Assembly (NCBI RefSeq): GCF_044647545.1
Contig: NZ_CP172818.1
Origin: Escherichia coli
GTDB lineage: Bacteria; Pseudomonadota; Gammaproteobacteria; Enterobacterales; Enterobacteriaceae
Strand: one strand, 5' to 3'
DNA length: 64,000 bases
Part shown: positions 26,991 through 36,117 of the stretch, in pieces
Numbering within the stretch: the stretch's first letter is position 1
How the letters are laid out: each line of letters begins with the position of its first letter
The notes under the pieces: generated by a model
Told to the model about the DNA's origin: nothing
The model's database searches: none
What the model saw: the letters and a program-made list of their open reading frames with translations, nothing else
Position numbers and translations under genes: made by a program

Positions 26991-27665
26991 TTAGGCTTTG
27001 ATTTTGTATCTTCTTGGTTTTCCTGAGAAAATCACAGTACCAATTATAGAGCAATTACCGTTGATCTTAATGTAAGGCTCAGGCCAGTTTGGGTTTAACG
27101 CTTTGAGATAACGCTGTGTCCCATCTTCTATCAACCTTTTGAAGGTGGTTTCACCTGTATCGTGCATCAATGCAATAACGTCGTCACCGTGGCAGGCAGG
27201 TACTTCAGGATCGACAAAAATCATGTCTCCCGGGCGGTACTCATCAATCATTGAATCACCTATTACCCGCAAGATATAAGTCATTTCCCCACAGGGTACA
27301 GGGCAGGGATACGTTTCTGCTGTGCTCAAATCAACCTCAGAATATCCAACTTCTTTCCATGCTCCGGCCTGTACCCATGATATGACAGGGACTAATGTGA
27401 TTTGTTTATTAGTGATTGAAACATCAGGTTTTTTTGTGATGTTCGTTGTCTGGTGTTCTTGATCGAGCCATCCTACAGGCAGGTCGAAACATTTTTCGAT
27501 GTGTCGTGCCATGCTGTCACCGATATTTTTAGTAGCACCATCTCCCATAAACCTGCTGGTCTGGGTTGGCTCGCGATCAATCATAGTGGCAAAGGAAGAA
27601 TTCCCGCCAACACCATCTCTCAGTTTTCTGGCGTTAGACCGCCGGATGTCATGGATTGTTTTCAT
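26991..27665 (-). CDS. cohE: CI-like prophage repressor CohE (HTH + S24 self-cleaving peptidase)
   Basis: 224 aa. Cleavage-type Ala-Gly in WVQAGAW. Ser/Lys dyad motifs GDSM and FKRL. Confidence 0.9.
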   Translation of the reverse strand: MKTIHDIRRSNARKLRDGVGGNSSFATMIDREPTQTSRFMGDGATKNIGDSMARHIEKCFDLPVGWLDQEHQTTNITKKPDVSITNKQITLVPVISWVQAGAWKEVGYSEVDLSTAETYPCPVPCGEMTYILRVIGDSMIDEYRPGDMIFVDPEVPACHGDDVIALMHDTGETTFKRLIEDGTQRYLKALNPNWPEPYIKINGNCSIIGTVIFSGKPRRYKIKA

Positions 27666-27680
27666 AACGAAATTAAAACC

Positions 27681-27701
27681 CTTGTACCGTTAAGGTACAA
27701 G
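27681..27701. promoter_or_regulatory. Operator-like palindrome (TGTAC-N7-GTACA class)
   Basis: cttgtacc-gttaa-ggtacaag, with perfect 8-bp arms, in the cohE/croE divergent region. Confidence 0.6.
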
Positions 27702-27731
27702 TATCTTGAAGGTTCATTTCAATCATGTAAT

Positions 27732-27750
27732 ATGTACACCGGAGGTACAT
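27732..27750. promoter_or_regulatory. Operator-like palindrome (TGTAC-N7-GTACA class)
   Basis: atgtac-accggag-gtacat overlaps the croE Shine-Dalgarno GGAGG. Confidence 0.6.
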
Positions 27751-27755
27751 ATTGT

Positions 27756-27956
27756 ATGAAAGCGTATTGGGACTCTTTAACCAAAGAACAGCAGGGCGAG
27801 TTGGCCGGAAAAGTTGGCTCAACACCTGGCTACTTACGGCTGGTTTTCAATGGCTATAAAAAAGCCAGTTTTGTGCTGGCTAAAAAACTTGAGCAATACA
27901 CATCAGGTGCAATTACGAAATCTGACTTAAGACCGGATATCTATCCGAAAGATTAG
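27756..27956 (+). CDS. croE: Cro-like repressor CroE
   Basis: 66-aa tail of track ORF 27453-27956, starting at ATG 27756 after GGAGG. Divergent from cohE. Confidence 0.8.
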   Translation: MKAYWDSLTKEQQGELAGKVGSTPGYLRLVFNGYKKASFVLAKKLEQYTSGAITKSDLRPDIYPKD

Positions 27957-27987
27957 CAGAACACTTTCAATTTTTAACCACAGAACG

Positions 27988-28554
27988 ATGAGGCTAATCG
28001 TGGGTAAGCATCACTGGAAAATAGAAAAACAGCCTGAGTGGTACGTGAAAGCTGTCAGAAAAACTATCGCGGCGTTGCCGAGTGGTTACGCTGAAGCGGC
28101 TGACTGGCTCGATGTAACAGAAAACGCTTTATTCAACCGCCTTCGTGCAGATGGCGATCAGATTTTCCCGCTGGGATGGGCAATGGTTTTACAGCGTGCT
28201 GGTGGCACTCACTTCATTGCTGATGCTGTGGCGCAGTCTGCAAATGGCGTCTTTGTGTCTCTTCCTGACGTCGAGGATGTGGACAACGCCGATATTAACC
28301 AGCGTCTGCTGGAAGTCATTGAACAGATCGGCAGTTATTCAAAACAGATTCGTTCAGCAATCGAAGACGGTGTAGTGGAACCGCATGAGAAGACAGCAAT
28401 TAACGACGAGCTGTATCTCTCAATTTCGAAGCTGCAGGAGCATGCAGCACTTGTCTACAAAATTTTTTGCATTTCAGAAAGTAACGCCCGCGAGTGTGCA
28501 GCTCCGGGCGTCGTGGCGTCGATTGCTTCTGGTTGTGGAGAAACTAACGCATGA
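27988..28554 (+). CDS. ymfL: Prophage regulatory protein YmfL (CII-like)
   Basis: 188-aa ORF, first gene after croE. Start choice is uncertain. Confidence 0.75.
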   Translation: MRLIVGKHHWKIEKQPEWYVKAVRKTIAALPSGYAEAADWLDVTENALFNRLRADGDQIFPLGWAMVLQRAGGTHFIADAVAQSANGVFVSLPDVEDVDNADINQRLLEVIEQIGSYSKQIRSAIEDGVVEPHEKTAINDELYLSISKLQEHAALVYKIFCISESNARECAAPGVVASIASGCGETNA

Positions 28555-28889
28555 ACAGTTTAACAACACACTACCGTCGCTCGCAACTGATTGCACTTCC
28601 TGTACCGGGTGGAAAAGCGAAGGTGGAGTATTGCTATGCAGTGAATGTACCAGGTGACAGGGAAATTGTAACCCACAGCTTTGCAGAGTGGGCTGTGGGT
28701 GATTTCAACCGGCAGAAGGAGACAGTCCTTTGCGACAAGTTAACCGCTGGTTCAAAGATCACTACGGAGTGCCCGTCAGAGTCATTCGTTGGGAGCCGGA
28801 AACACAACGGGTTATCTACCTCCGTGAAGGCTATGAACATGAATGCTTCAGTCCGGTCGAACAGTTTCGTCGTAAATTCAGGGAAATAG
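28551..28889 (+). CDS. ymfM: YmfM, prophage cell-division inhibitor candidate
   Basis: 112 aa with a 4-nt overlap with ymfL. Recognised as e14 YmfM. Confidence 0.75.
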   Translation: MNSLTTHYRRSQLIALPVPGGKAKVEYCYAVNVPGDREIVTHSFAEWAVGDFNRQKETVLCDKLTAGSKITTECPSESFVGSRKHNGLSTSVKAMNMNASVRSNSFVVNSGK

Positions 28890-28898
28890 AGGTCGGTC

Positions 28899-30266
28899 AT
28901 GAGCACTAAATTAACCGGCTATGTATGGGATGGTTGCGCTGCATCAGGCATGAAGTTATCCAGCGTGGCAATTATGGCCCGCCTGGCTGATTTCAGTAAT
29001 GACGAAGGTGTGTGCTGGCCATCAATTGAAACCATTGCCCGTCAGATTGGCGCGGGGATGAGTACCGTCAGAACGGCTATCGCACGGCTGGAAGCAGAAG
29101 GCTGGTTAACGCGTAAGGCGCGTCGCCAGGGTGATGGTTCATCACCCCACTGTGCGGTGGTGGATGAATATCACGAGCACGCCACCGATGCGCTTTATAC
29201 CACGATGCTTACCGGGATGGGGGCGCGACGTCAGCCACTGATGTGGGCCATCACCACCGCCGGGTACAACATTGAGGGGCCGTGCTACGACAAGCGGCGG
29301 GAAGTTATCGAGATGCTCAACGGTTCGGTACCCAACGATGAACTGTTCGGGATCATCTATACCGTTGACGAAGGCGATGACTGGACCGACCCGCAGGTGC
29401 TGGAAAAAGCCAACCCGAATATTGGCGTGTCGGTTTATCGCGAATTTTTGTTAAGTCAGCAGCAGCGTGCGAAAAATAACGCCCGTCTGGCAAACGTCTT
29501 TAAAACAAAACACCTCAATATCTGGGTGTCGGCGCGTTCGGCGTATTTCAACCTGGTGAGCTGGCAGAGCTGCGAGGATAAATCACTGACCCTTGAGCAG
29601 TTCGAGGGGCAGCCGTGCATTCTGGCCTTTGACCTGGCGCGTAAGCTGGATATGAACAGCATGGCGCGACTTTATACCCGCGAGATTGACGGTAAAACGC
29701 ATTACTACAGTGTGGCCCCGCGTTTCTGGGTACCGTATGACACGGTGTACAGCGTCGAGAAAAATGAAGATCGCCGGACAGCCGAACGCTTTCAGAAATG
29801 GGTGGAAATGGGCGTTCTGACTGTTACCGCTGGTGCGGAGGTGGATTATCGCTACATCCTCGAGGAGGCCAAAGCGGCGAACAAAATCAGCCCGGTCAGT
29901 GAGTCACCCATCGACCCCTTCGGGGCGACCGGGCTGTCGCATGACCTTGCTGATGAAGACCTGAACCCCATCACCATCATTCAGAACTACACCAACATGT
30001 CCGATCCGATGAAAGAGCTGGAAGCGGCGATTGAATCGGGGCGCTTTCATCATGACGGCAATCCCATCATGACCTGGTGTATCGGCAACGTGGTCGGCAA
30101 AACCATTCCGGGTAACGATGATGTGGTGAAGCCTGTCAAGGAGCAGGCGGAAAACAAAATCGATGGTGCGGTTGCACTGATTATGGCGATTGGCAGAGCA
30201 ATGCTGTACGAGAAAGAAGACACGCTGTCTGACCACATTGAGTCCTATGGGATCCGCTCGCTTTAA
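28899..30266 (+). pseudogene. oweE: Fusion of an HTH replication-type N-terminus to the C-terminal part of a terminase large subunit (oweE/ymfN)
   Basis: Residues 1 to about 88 form a winged-HTH-like segment ([16 protein letters not shown]). From [10 protein letters not shown] onward the protein is terminase-like and has no Walker A region. Confidence 0.8.
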
Positions 30267-30276
30267 CTGAGGTAAT

Positions 30277-30444
30277 TATGATCATGCTGATTCTCCGCCT
30301 CTGGTGGGCGGCGGTGCTTTTGCTGGCGTATGGTGCCGCTCATTTATCCCCCGGGGGTTTTGTTCCCGGGGCGTTGTGCCTGTTCTGGTCGTTGCTGGTG
30401 GCGCGAATCTGTTCGACACAGTCGTCTGTCGGCGGAGGTAAATA
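30277..30444 (+). CDS. ymfR: Small hydrophobic prophage protein (ymfR-like)
   Basis: My own translation gives 55 codons ([21 protein letters not shown]...), below the track cutoff. Lies between terminase and portal remnants. Confidence 0.4.
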
Positions 30445-30860
30445 GTGTTCTTTTCGGGATTATTTCAACGAAAAAGCGACGCACCGGTGACCACGCCAGC
30501 AGAGCTGGCGGATGCCATCGGGTTGTCCTACGACACCTATACCGGAAAGCAGATCAGCAGCCAGCGGGCCATGCGACTGACGGCGGTTTTTTCCTGTGTC
30601 AGGGTGCTGGCAGAGTCGGTCGGGATGTTGCCTGCAATCTGTATCACCTGAACGGCAGCCTGAAACAGAGAGCCACGGCGAGCGTCTGCATAGCTGATCT
30701 CCACGCATCCCAATGGCTATATGACGCCGCAGGAGTTCTGGGAGCTGGTGGTCACCTGTCTGTGCCTGCGGGAAACTTTTACGCCTACAAAGTGAAAGCA
30801 TTTGGCGAAGTGGCTGAAACTGCTGCCCGTCGATCCCGGCTGTGTGGTATATGCGCTGGG
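30445..30860 (+). pseudogene. beeE: Portal protein N-terminal remnant (beeE)
   Basis: GTG ORF MFFSGLFQRKSD...RAMRLTAVFSCVRVLAESVG is portal-like. Portal-like text continues in other frames (MTPQEFWELVV...GNFYAYKVKAFGEVAE), so it is frameshifted and then truncated. Confidence 0.7.
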
Positions 30861-31633
30861 AAGGTGTCAGCGATGGCCTGAAGGTGACCGCCGGGAGTGT
30901 TATTCAGCGCGATGACCTGGTGCAGTACACGACAACTGACGATGCAACCAGCTCCGGTGGTGTCCTGCGCGTGCCGATCACTTGCTCAACTACAGGCGCG
31001 GTCGGTAACGCTGACGACGGTACGGCATTAATCCTGGTCACGCCGGTGAATGGTCTGCCGTCTTCCGGTGTTGCAGATACCCTGACTGGCGGATTTGATA
31101 CTGAAGAGCTGGAAACGTGGCGCGCCCGCGTCATTGAGCGGTATTACTGGACGCCTCAGGGCGGGGCTGACGGGGACTATGTCGTCTGGGCTAAAGAAGT
31201 GTCAGGCATTACCCGTGCATGGACATACCGCCACTGGATGGGAACGGGGACTGTCGGTGTGATGATTGCCAGCAGTGACCTGATTAATCCCATTCCGGAA
31301 GAATCAACGGAAACGGCGGCAAGACAACACATTGAGCCACTGGCCCCGGTGGCAGGCTCTGATTTGTATGTATTCAGGCCGGTGGCGCATAAAGTGGATT
31401 TTCATATCCGCGTGACGCCGGACACACCGGAAATACGGGCTGCCATCACCGCGGAGTTGCGTTCGTTCCTGCTGCGTGATGGTTATCCGCAGGGAGAACT
31501 GAAGGTATCGCGTATCAGTGAGGCGATTTCCGGTGCGAACGGGGAATACAGCCATCAGTTGCTTGCACCGGCAGACAATATCTCCATTGCAAAAAATGAA
31601 CTGGCGGTTCTGGGGACGATTTCATGGACGTGA
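30842..31633 (+). pseudogene. jayE: Baseplate J-like protein, C-terminal fragment (jayE)
   Basis: 263-aa ORF lacking the N-terminal half of J-like baseplate proteins and abutting the portal remnant. Confidence 0.7.
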
Positions 31634-32208
31634 CAAACGATGATTACATCCGCCTGTTATCGGCACTGTTGCCGCCCGGTCCTGCATGGTCAGCCAGCGA
31701 TCCGGCGATTGCCGGTGCGGCACCTTCATTAACCCGCGTTCATCAGCGTGCGGATGCCCTGATGCGGGAGCTGGATCCGCGCACCACCACTGAACTGATA
31801 AACCGCTGGGAGCGTCTGTGCGGTCTGCCGGATGAATGTATTCCCGCAGGGACACAGACCCTTCGCCAGCGTCAGCAACGGCTGGATGCGAAGGTTAATC
31901 TGGCGGGCGGCATCAATGAGGATTTTTACCTTGCACAGCTTGCTGCCCTGGGCAGACCAGACGCCACTATCACGCGATACGATAAAAGCACGTTCACCTG
32001 CTCATCGGCCTGTACTGACGCAGTGAATGCGCCGGAATGGCGGTATTACTGGCAGGTCAACATGCCAGCCGCCACCAACACCACCTGGATGACATGTGGC
32101 GATCCCTGTGATTCCGCACTGCGTATCTGGGGCGACACCGTTGTCGAGTGCGTGCTTAACAAACTCTGCCCTTCGCATACCTACGTAATTTTTAAATATC
32201 CGGAGTAA
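31624..32208 (+). CDS. ymfQ: Tail/baseplate protein YmfQ (Mu gp48 / P2 I-like)
   Basis: 194 aa. Overlaps the jayE stop and immediately precedes the tail-fibre gene. Confidence 0.8.
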   Translation: MDVTNDDYIRLLSALLPPGPAWSASDPAIAGAAPSLTRVHQRADALMRELDPRTTTELINRWERLCGLPDECIPAGTQTLRQRQQRLDAKVNLAGGINEDFYLAQLAALGRPDATITRYDKSTFTCSSACTDAVNAPEWRYYWQVNMPAATNTTWMTCGDPCDSALRIWGDTVVECVLNKLCPSHTYVIFKYPE

Positions 32209-32211
32209 TCC

Positions 32212-32841
32212 ATGCATCGTATAGACACGAAAACCGCGCAGAAGGATAAGTTCGGCGCGGGTAAGAACGGTTTTACCCGTGGTAACCCCCAGACCGGCAC
32301 ACCTGCCACCGATCTGGATGATGACTACTTTGACATGTTGCAGGAAGAACTTTGTAGCGTGGTGGAGGCCTCCGGTGCCAGCCTGGAGAAAGGGCGGCAT
32401 GACCAGATGCTTACCGCACTTCGTGCGCTGCTGTTAAGCCGCAAGAATCCGTTTGGCGATATCAAATCGGATGGCACTGTGCAAACGGCTCTCGAAAACC
32501 TTAGTTTAGGAGAAGGAGCAAAACTCAATGCAGCAACGGCTACATTAGGACGCACCGGTTTCATAGCTATACCGGTTATGATTGGTGGTATTGAGCAATC
32601 AGTAATCATTCAGTGGGGGTGGAATGCCGCAAAAGCATCTGCCTCTGGGGGGGATGGAAATACAGTTGTATTCCCGGTTGCGTTTAATAATGCCTGTGTT
32701 GCCGTTGTTGCAAATTATGACAATGTCAGCGCACCTATCAATGCAGTGGCAACGGGGGGATATACAACCACTTCGTTTTTATTACGGTGCGCAGCTCAAA
32801 CGGGTAGTTATTACTATAACTGGATTGCTATTGGGTATTAA
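32212..32841 (+). CDS. stfP: Side tail fibre protein StfP (constant N-terminus joined to the currently expressed variable C-terminus)
   Basis: 209 aa. The crossover site lies inside the gene at codons for ALENLSLGEG. Confidence 0.85.
   Translation: MHRIDTKTAQKDKFGAGKNGFTRGNPQTGTPATDLDDDYFDMLQEELCSVVEASGASLEKGRHDQMLTALRALLLSRKNPFGDIKSDGTVQTALENLSLGEGAKLNAATATLGRTGFIAIPVMIGGIEQSVIIQWGWNAAKASASGGDGNTVVFPVAFNNACVAVVANYDNVSAPINAVATGGYTTTSFLLRCAAQTGSYYYNWIAIGY
32489..32514. other. Pin/Gin/Hin-type 26-bp crossover site (left)
   Basis: Its reverse complement TTCTCCTAAACT-AA-GGTTTTCGAGAG is inverted relative to the right site and shares the central AA. Confidence 0.8.
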
Positions 32842-32842
32842 G

Positions 32843-33319
32843 ATGAAAATATACTGTTGCTTAAATACCGTTGGTTTTTTTATGGATGGCTGTGGCGTCA
32901 TTCCGCCAGATTCTAAAGAAATAACGGCAGAACACTGGCAGTCATTATTAAAATCTCAAGCTGAAGGAGGCGTGATCGATTTTTCTGTTTTTCCTCCTTC
33001 TATTAAAGAGGTTATCCGTACTCATGATGATGAAGTCGCAGATGCGAACTTTCAAAAGCAGATGCTTATCTCTGATGCAACTGATTTTATCAATAGCAGA
33101 CAGTGGCAGGGTAAGGCTGCATTGGGAAGACTTAAAGAAGATGAGCTGAAACAATCTGATTTGTGGGCTGGATTATCTGGACGCACTGGCGCTGGTCGAT
33201 ACCGCCAGTGCGCCGGATCTGAATGGCCTACGCCTCCGGCAGTTCAGGCCAGTAAATATCCGGTACAGTGCTGGTATCCGTTGCCATCACCGCGTCAATG
33301 TAATCCAGCACGGCGTTAA
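32843..33319 (+). CDS. tfaP: Tail fibre assembly protein TfaP, apparently damaged near the C-terminus
   Basis: Starts at MKIYCCLNTVGFFMDGCGV. The conserved Tfa motif LDYLDALALVDTASAPDL is encoded in the +1 frame at 33168-33221, between in-frame conserved flanks. Confidence 0.6.
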   Translation: MKIYCCLNTVGFFMDGCGVIPPDSKEITAEHWQSLLKSQAEGGVIDFSVFPPSIKEVIRTHDDEVADANFQKQMLISDATDFINSRQWQGKAALGRLKEDELKQSDLWAGLSGRTGAGRYRQCAGSEWPTPPAVQASKYPVQCWYPLPSPRQCNPARR

Positions 33320-33830
33320 GTCGGGTGTTTTCTGTCTGCGTCAGCTTCCTCCCGGCCTGCAATTTCAGTTGAATCAGACTAATTGAAGCCATTGCAGTAT
33401 CAATCAGTGACTGGCGCTGTGCTTCTGCCGCTTCTATTGCGGCACCGTATTGTGCCTCGGTATCGGTTACCCATTTCTCACCATCCCATTTATCGTATGG
33501 TGTTAACGGAGCGATAGTGGTCATATTTTCAGGGTAATCCCCTGGCGCTGTGATTTCTTTTGGTTCTCCCGTTTCGGTGCTATAAACAATTTCACCGCGA
33601 TGGTCTGGCACATATTTCCACGAGTTCAAATCCGTTGAGCGGCAAATTGCATAACCCGTTTTATGTGTACCAGGTGCATCTAAACAAGAACATGCCGGGA
33701 TACCGACACCGACAGCAAGATATTCGGTTGATGTTGAGATATATTCCTGTGTCCCATTATCATAGTTATAAACGGTAATATCCCCTGCCTTTACCGCGAT
33801 CAGCGCATCATTTAATACAGCTCCACCCAT
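33228..33830 (-). CDS. tfaE: Tail fibre assembly protein TfaE
   Basis: 200 aa with conserved C-terminus LDYIDAVMATDTSTVPDIYWPELPEA. Its ATG overlaps the stfE stop (TAATG). Confidence 0.9.
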   Translation of the reverse strand: MGGAVLNDALIAVKAGDITVYNYDNGTQEYISTSTEYLAVGVGIPACSCLDAPGTHKTGYAICRSTDLNSWKYVPDHRGEIVYSTETGEPKEITAPGDYPENMTTIAPLTPYDKWDGEKWVTDTEAQYGAAIEAAEAQRQSLIDTAMASISLIQLKLQAGRKLTQTENTRLNAVLDYIDAVMATDTSTVPDIYWPELPEA

Positions 33831-34335
33831 TATGCAGCCCTCACGATATAATTAAATGAAATATTTCGTGGACGTGATTCGTTACCGAATTTATCTGAAC
33901 CATCAGTATTTCTCGCTGAATATGTTTGGAGGATTGTCCCTGATGATGGATTCGCATTATATTCATTTGTTCCTGCTGGATAGTATGACATTGCACTATT
34001 GTCATCTTTGAAAACAGCAGACATCAATCCATCACCACCACTTCCGTAAGCAGTTGTAAGAAATGACGGTGATCGAAAGAAAGACTATTTTGTGCCGAAA
34101 GTAAGGGAACGACCAGAATCTACCCCGCGCCCATCATCCCAGCCACGAATAAACTCACCACGTAAATCAGGCAATTTATTTGTCGGGTAAGCCTTCGCCA
34201 GTTTTGGATATTCAACGGCAGAAAAAGCCGCACCGTTGCATTTCAGCCAGCCAGTAGGCGGTGTGGCTGAAGGCCACGGAACAGGCACACCAACGGGTAA
34301 TGCCGAACCTTCTCCCAAACCAAGGTTTATGAAAA
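33830..34335 (-). pseudogene. stfE: Silent alternative tail-fibre C-terminal cassette StfE, with in-frame TAG
   Basis: Begins at the right crossover site (LGLGEGSALPVG). Track ORFs 34085-34390 and 33830-34027 are in one frame, interrupted only by TAG at 34085-34087. Confidence 0.8.
34310..34335. other. Pin/Gin/Hin-type 26-bp crossover site (right)
   Basis: TTCTCCCAAACC-AA-GGTTTATGAAAA, about 55 nt upstream of the pinE ATG. Confidence 0.85.
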
Positions 34336-34388
34336 TGCGGAATAAGCGGCAAATGGCATCATTCCTGCTTTTGTCAGGGAGAGCTACC

Positions 34389-34941
34389 ATGCTTATTGGC
34401 TATGTATGTGTGTCAACAAATGACCGAAACACAAATCTACAGCGTAATGCGCTGAACTGTGCAGGATGCGACTCATTTTTGAAGACAAGATAAGCGGTAC
34501 AAAGTCTGAAAGGCCGGGACTGAAAAAACTGCTCAGGACATTATCGGCAGGTGACACGCTGGTGGTCTGGAAACTGGACCGGCTGGGGCGTAGTATGCGG
34601 CATCTGGTCATTCTGGTTGAGGAGTTGCGCGAACGTGGCGTTAATTTTCGCAGCCTAACAGATGCTATTGATATCAGCACATTCGATGGGGCGTTTTTCT
34701 TTATGTGATGGGGGCCTTGGCTGAAATTGAGCGTGAACTGATTGTTGAACGAACAAAAGCTGGACTGGAAACTGCTCGTGCACAGGGACGAATTGGTGGA
34801 CGTCGTCCCAAACTTACACCAGAACAATGGGCACAAGCTGGACGATTAATTGCAGCAGGAACTCCTCGCCAGAAGGTGGCGATTATCTATGATGTTGGTG
34901 TGTCAACTTTGTATAAGAGGTTTCCTGCAGGGGATAAATAA
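34389..34941 (+). pseudogene. pinE: Serine DNA invertase PinE, inactivated
   Basis: Split over three frames (track ORFs ending 34493, 34708, 34941) by single-base losses near 34470 and 34702. The N-terminus reads YVCVSTNDRN where invertases have YVRVSTNDQN. Confidence 0.88.
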
Positions 34942-35047
34942 AGTTAAAGACACTTTGTGTACAAAAGAAAGTAAAACAACAGCAACTTGTTGCAATTTTA
35001 TCAATAAAAGTAGTATTGTCGTGAAAAATTGATTAAAGATTAATATT

Positions 35048-35881
35048 ATGCATGTTTTTGATAATAATGGAATTGAACTGAAAGCTGAGTGTTCGATAGG
35101 TGAAGAGGATGGTGTTTATGGTCTAATCCTTGAGTCGTGGGGGCCGGGTGACAGAAACAAAGATTACAATATCGCTCTTGATTATATCATTGAACGGTTG
35201 GTTGATTCTGGTGTATCCCAAGTCGTAGTATATCTGGCGTCATCATCAGTCAGAAAACATATGCATTCTTTGGATGAAAGAAAAATCCATCCTGGTGAAT
35301 ATTTTACTTTGATTGGTAATAGCCCCCGCGATATACGCTTGAAGATGTGTGGTTATCAGGCTTATTTTAGTCGTACGGGGAGAAAGGAAATTCCTTCCGG
35401 CAATAGAACGAAACGAATATTGATAAATGTTCCAGGTATTTATAGTGACAGTTTTTGGGCGTCTATAATACGTGGAGAACTATCAGAGCTTTCACAGCCT
35501 ACAGATGATGAATCGCTTCTGAATATGAGGGTTAGTAAATTAATTAAGAAAACGTTGAGTCAACCCGAGGGCTCCAGGAAACCAGTTGAGGTAGAAAGAC
35601 TACAAAAAGTTTATGTCCGAGACCCGATGGTAAAAGCTTGGATTTTACAGCAAAGTAAAGGTATATGTGAAAACTGTGGTAAAAATGCTCCGTTTTATTT
35701 AAATGATGGAAACCCATATTTGGAAGTACATCATGTAATTCCCCTGTCTTCAGGTGGTGCTGATACAACAGATAACTGTGTTGCCCTTTGTCCGAATTGC
35801 CATAGAGAATTGCACTATAGTAAAAATGCAAAAGAACTAATCGAGATGCTTTACGTTAATATAAACCGATTACAGAAATAA
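35048..35881 (+). CDS. mcrA: McrA, HNH endonuclease restricting modified-cytosine DNA
   Basis: 277 aa. C-terminal HNH region CENCGK...HHVIPLSSGGADTTDNCVALCPNCHRELH. Confidence 0.93.
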   Translation: MHVFDNNGIELKAECSIGEEDGVYGLILESWGPGDRNKDYNIALDYIIERLVDSGVSQVVVYLASSSVRKHMHSLDERKIHPGEYFTLIGNSPRDIRLKMCGYQAYFSRTGRKEIPSGNRTKRILINVPGIYSDSFWASIIRGELSELSQPTDDESLLNMRVSKLIKKTLSQPEGSRKPVEVERLQKVYVRDPMVKAWILQQSKGICENCGKNAPFYLNDGNPYLEVHHVIPLSSGGADTTDNCVALCPNCHRELHYSKNAKELIEMLYVNINRLQK

Positions 35882-36117
35882 AATTATTTATTAAAGTCAC
35901 ATTTAAGACGTAATACCCTACAGGGTAAAAATTTTCTCTGATCTTAACTTCTGCAAATGTTAACTGCTATTTTTATGCTAAAAATGGTTATCAAAACTCA
36001 AAAACACATGTTTATAATCAATGAGTTATAGAAATGCTAAGGGCTAATGAGTTATATGCAAATTAGTAAAATTATGTTGCTATGTCAGATAGTTACGATT
36101 TAGTCATCTAACTAATG

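Larger units (their letters stand above)
20943..36117. mobile_element. e14-like defective lambdoid prophage integrated in the icd 3' end
   Basis: Bounded by identical 212-bp direct repeats. Contains tyrosine integrase/excisionase, CI/Cro-like switch, phage structural remnants and invertible tail-fibre genes. Gene set recognised as e14. The exact crossover cannot be placed within the repeat. Confidence 0.92.

Noticed and set aside
30330-30881. 183-aa ORF over the portal remnant.
   Set aside because: It is out of frame with the portal-like segments. It is a read-through of pseudogene DNA with an Arg/Cys-rich product.
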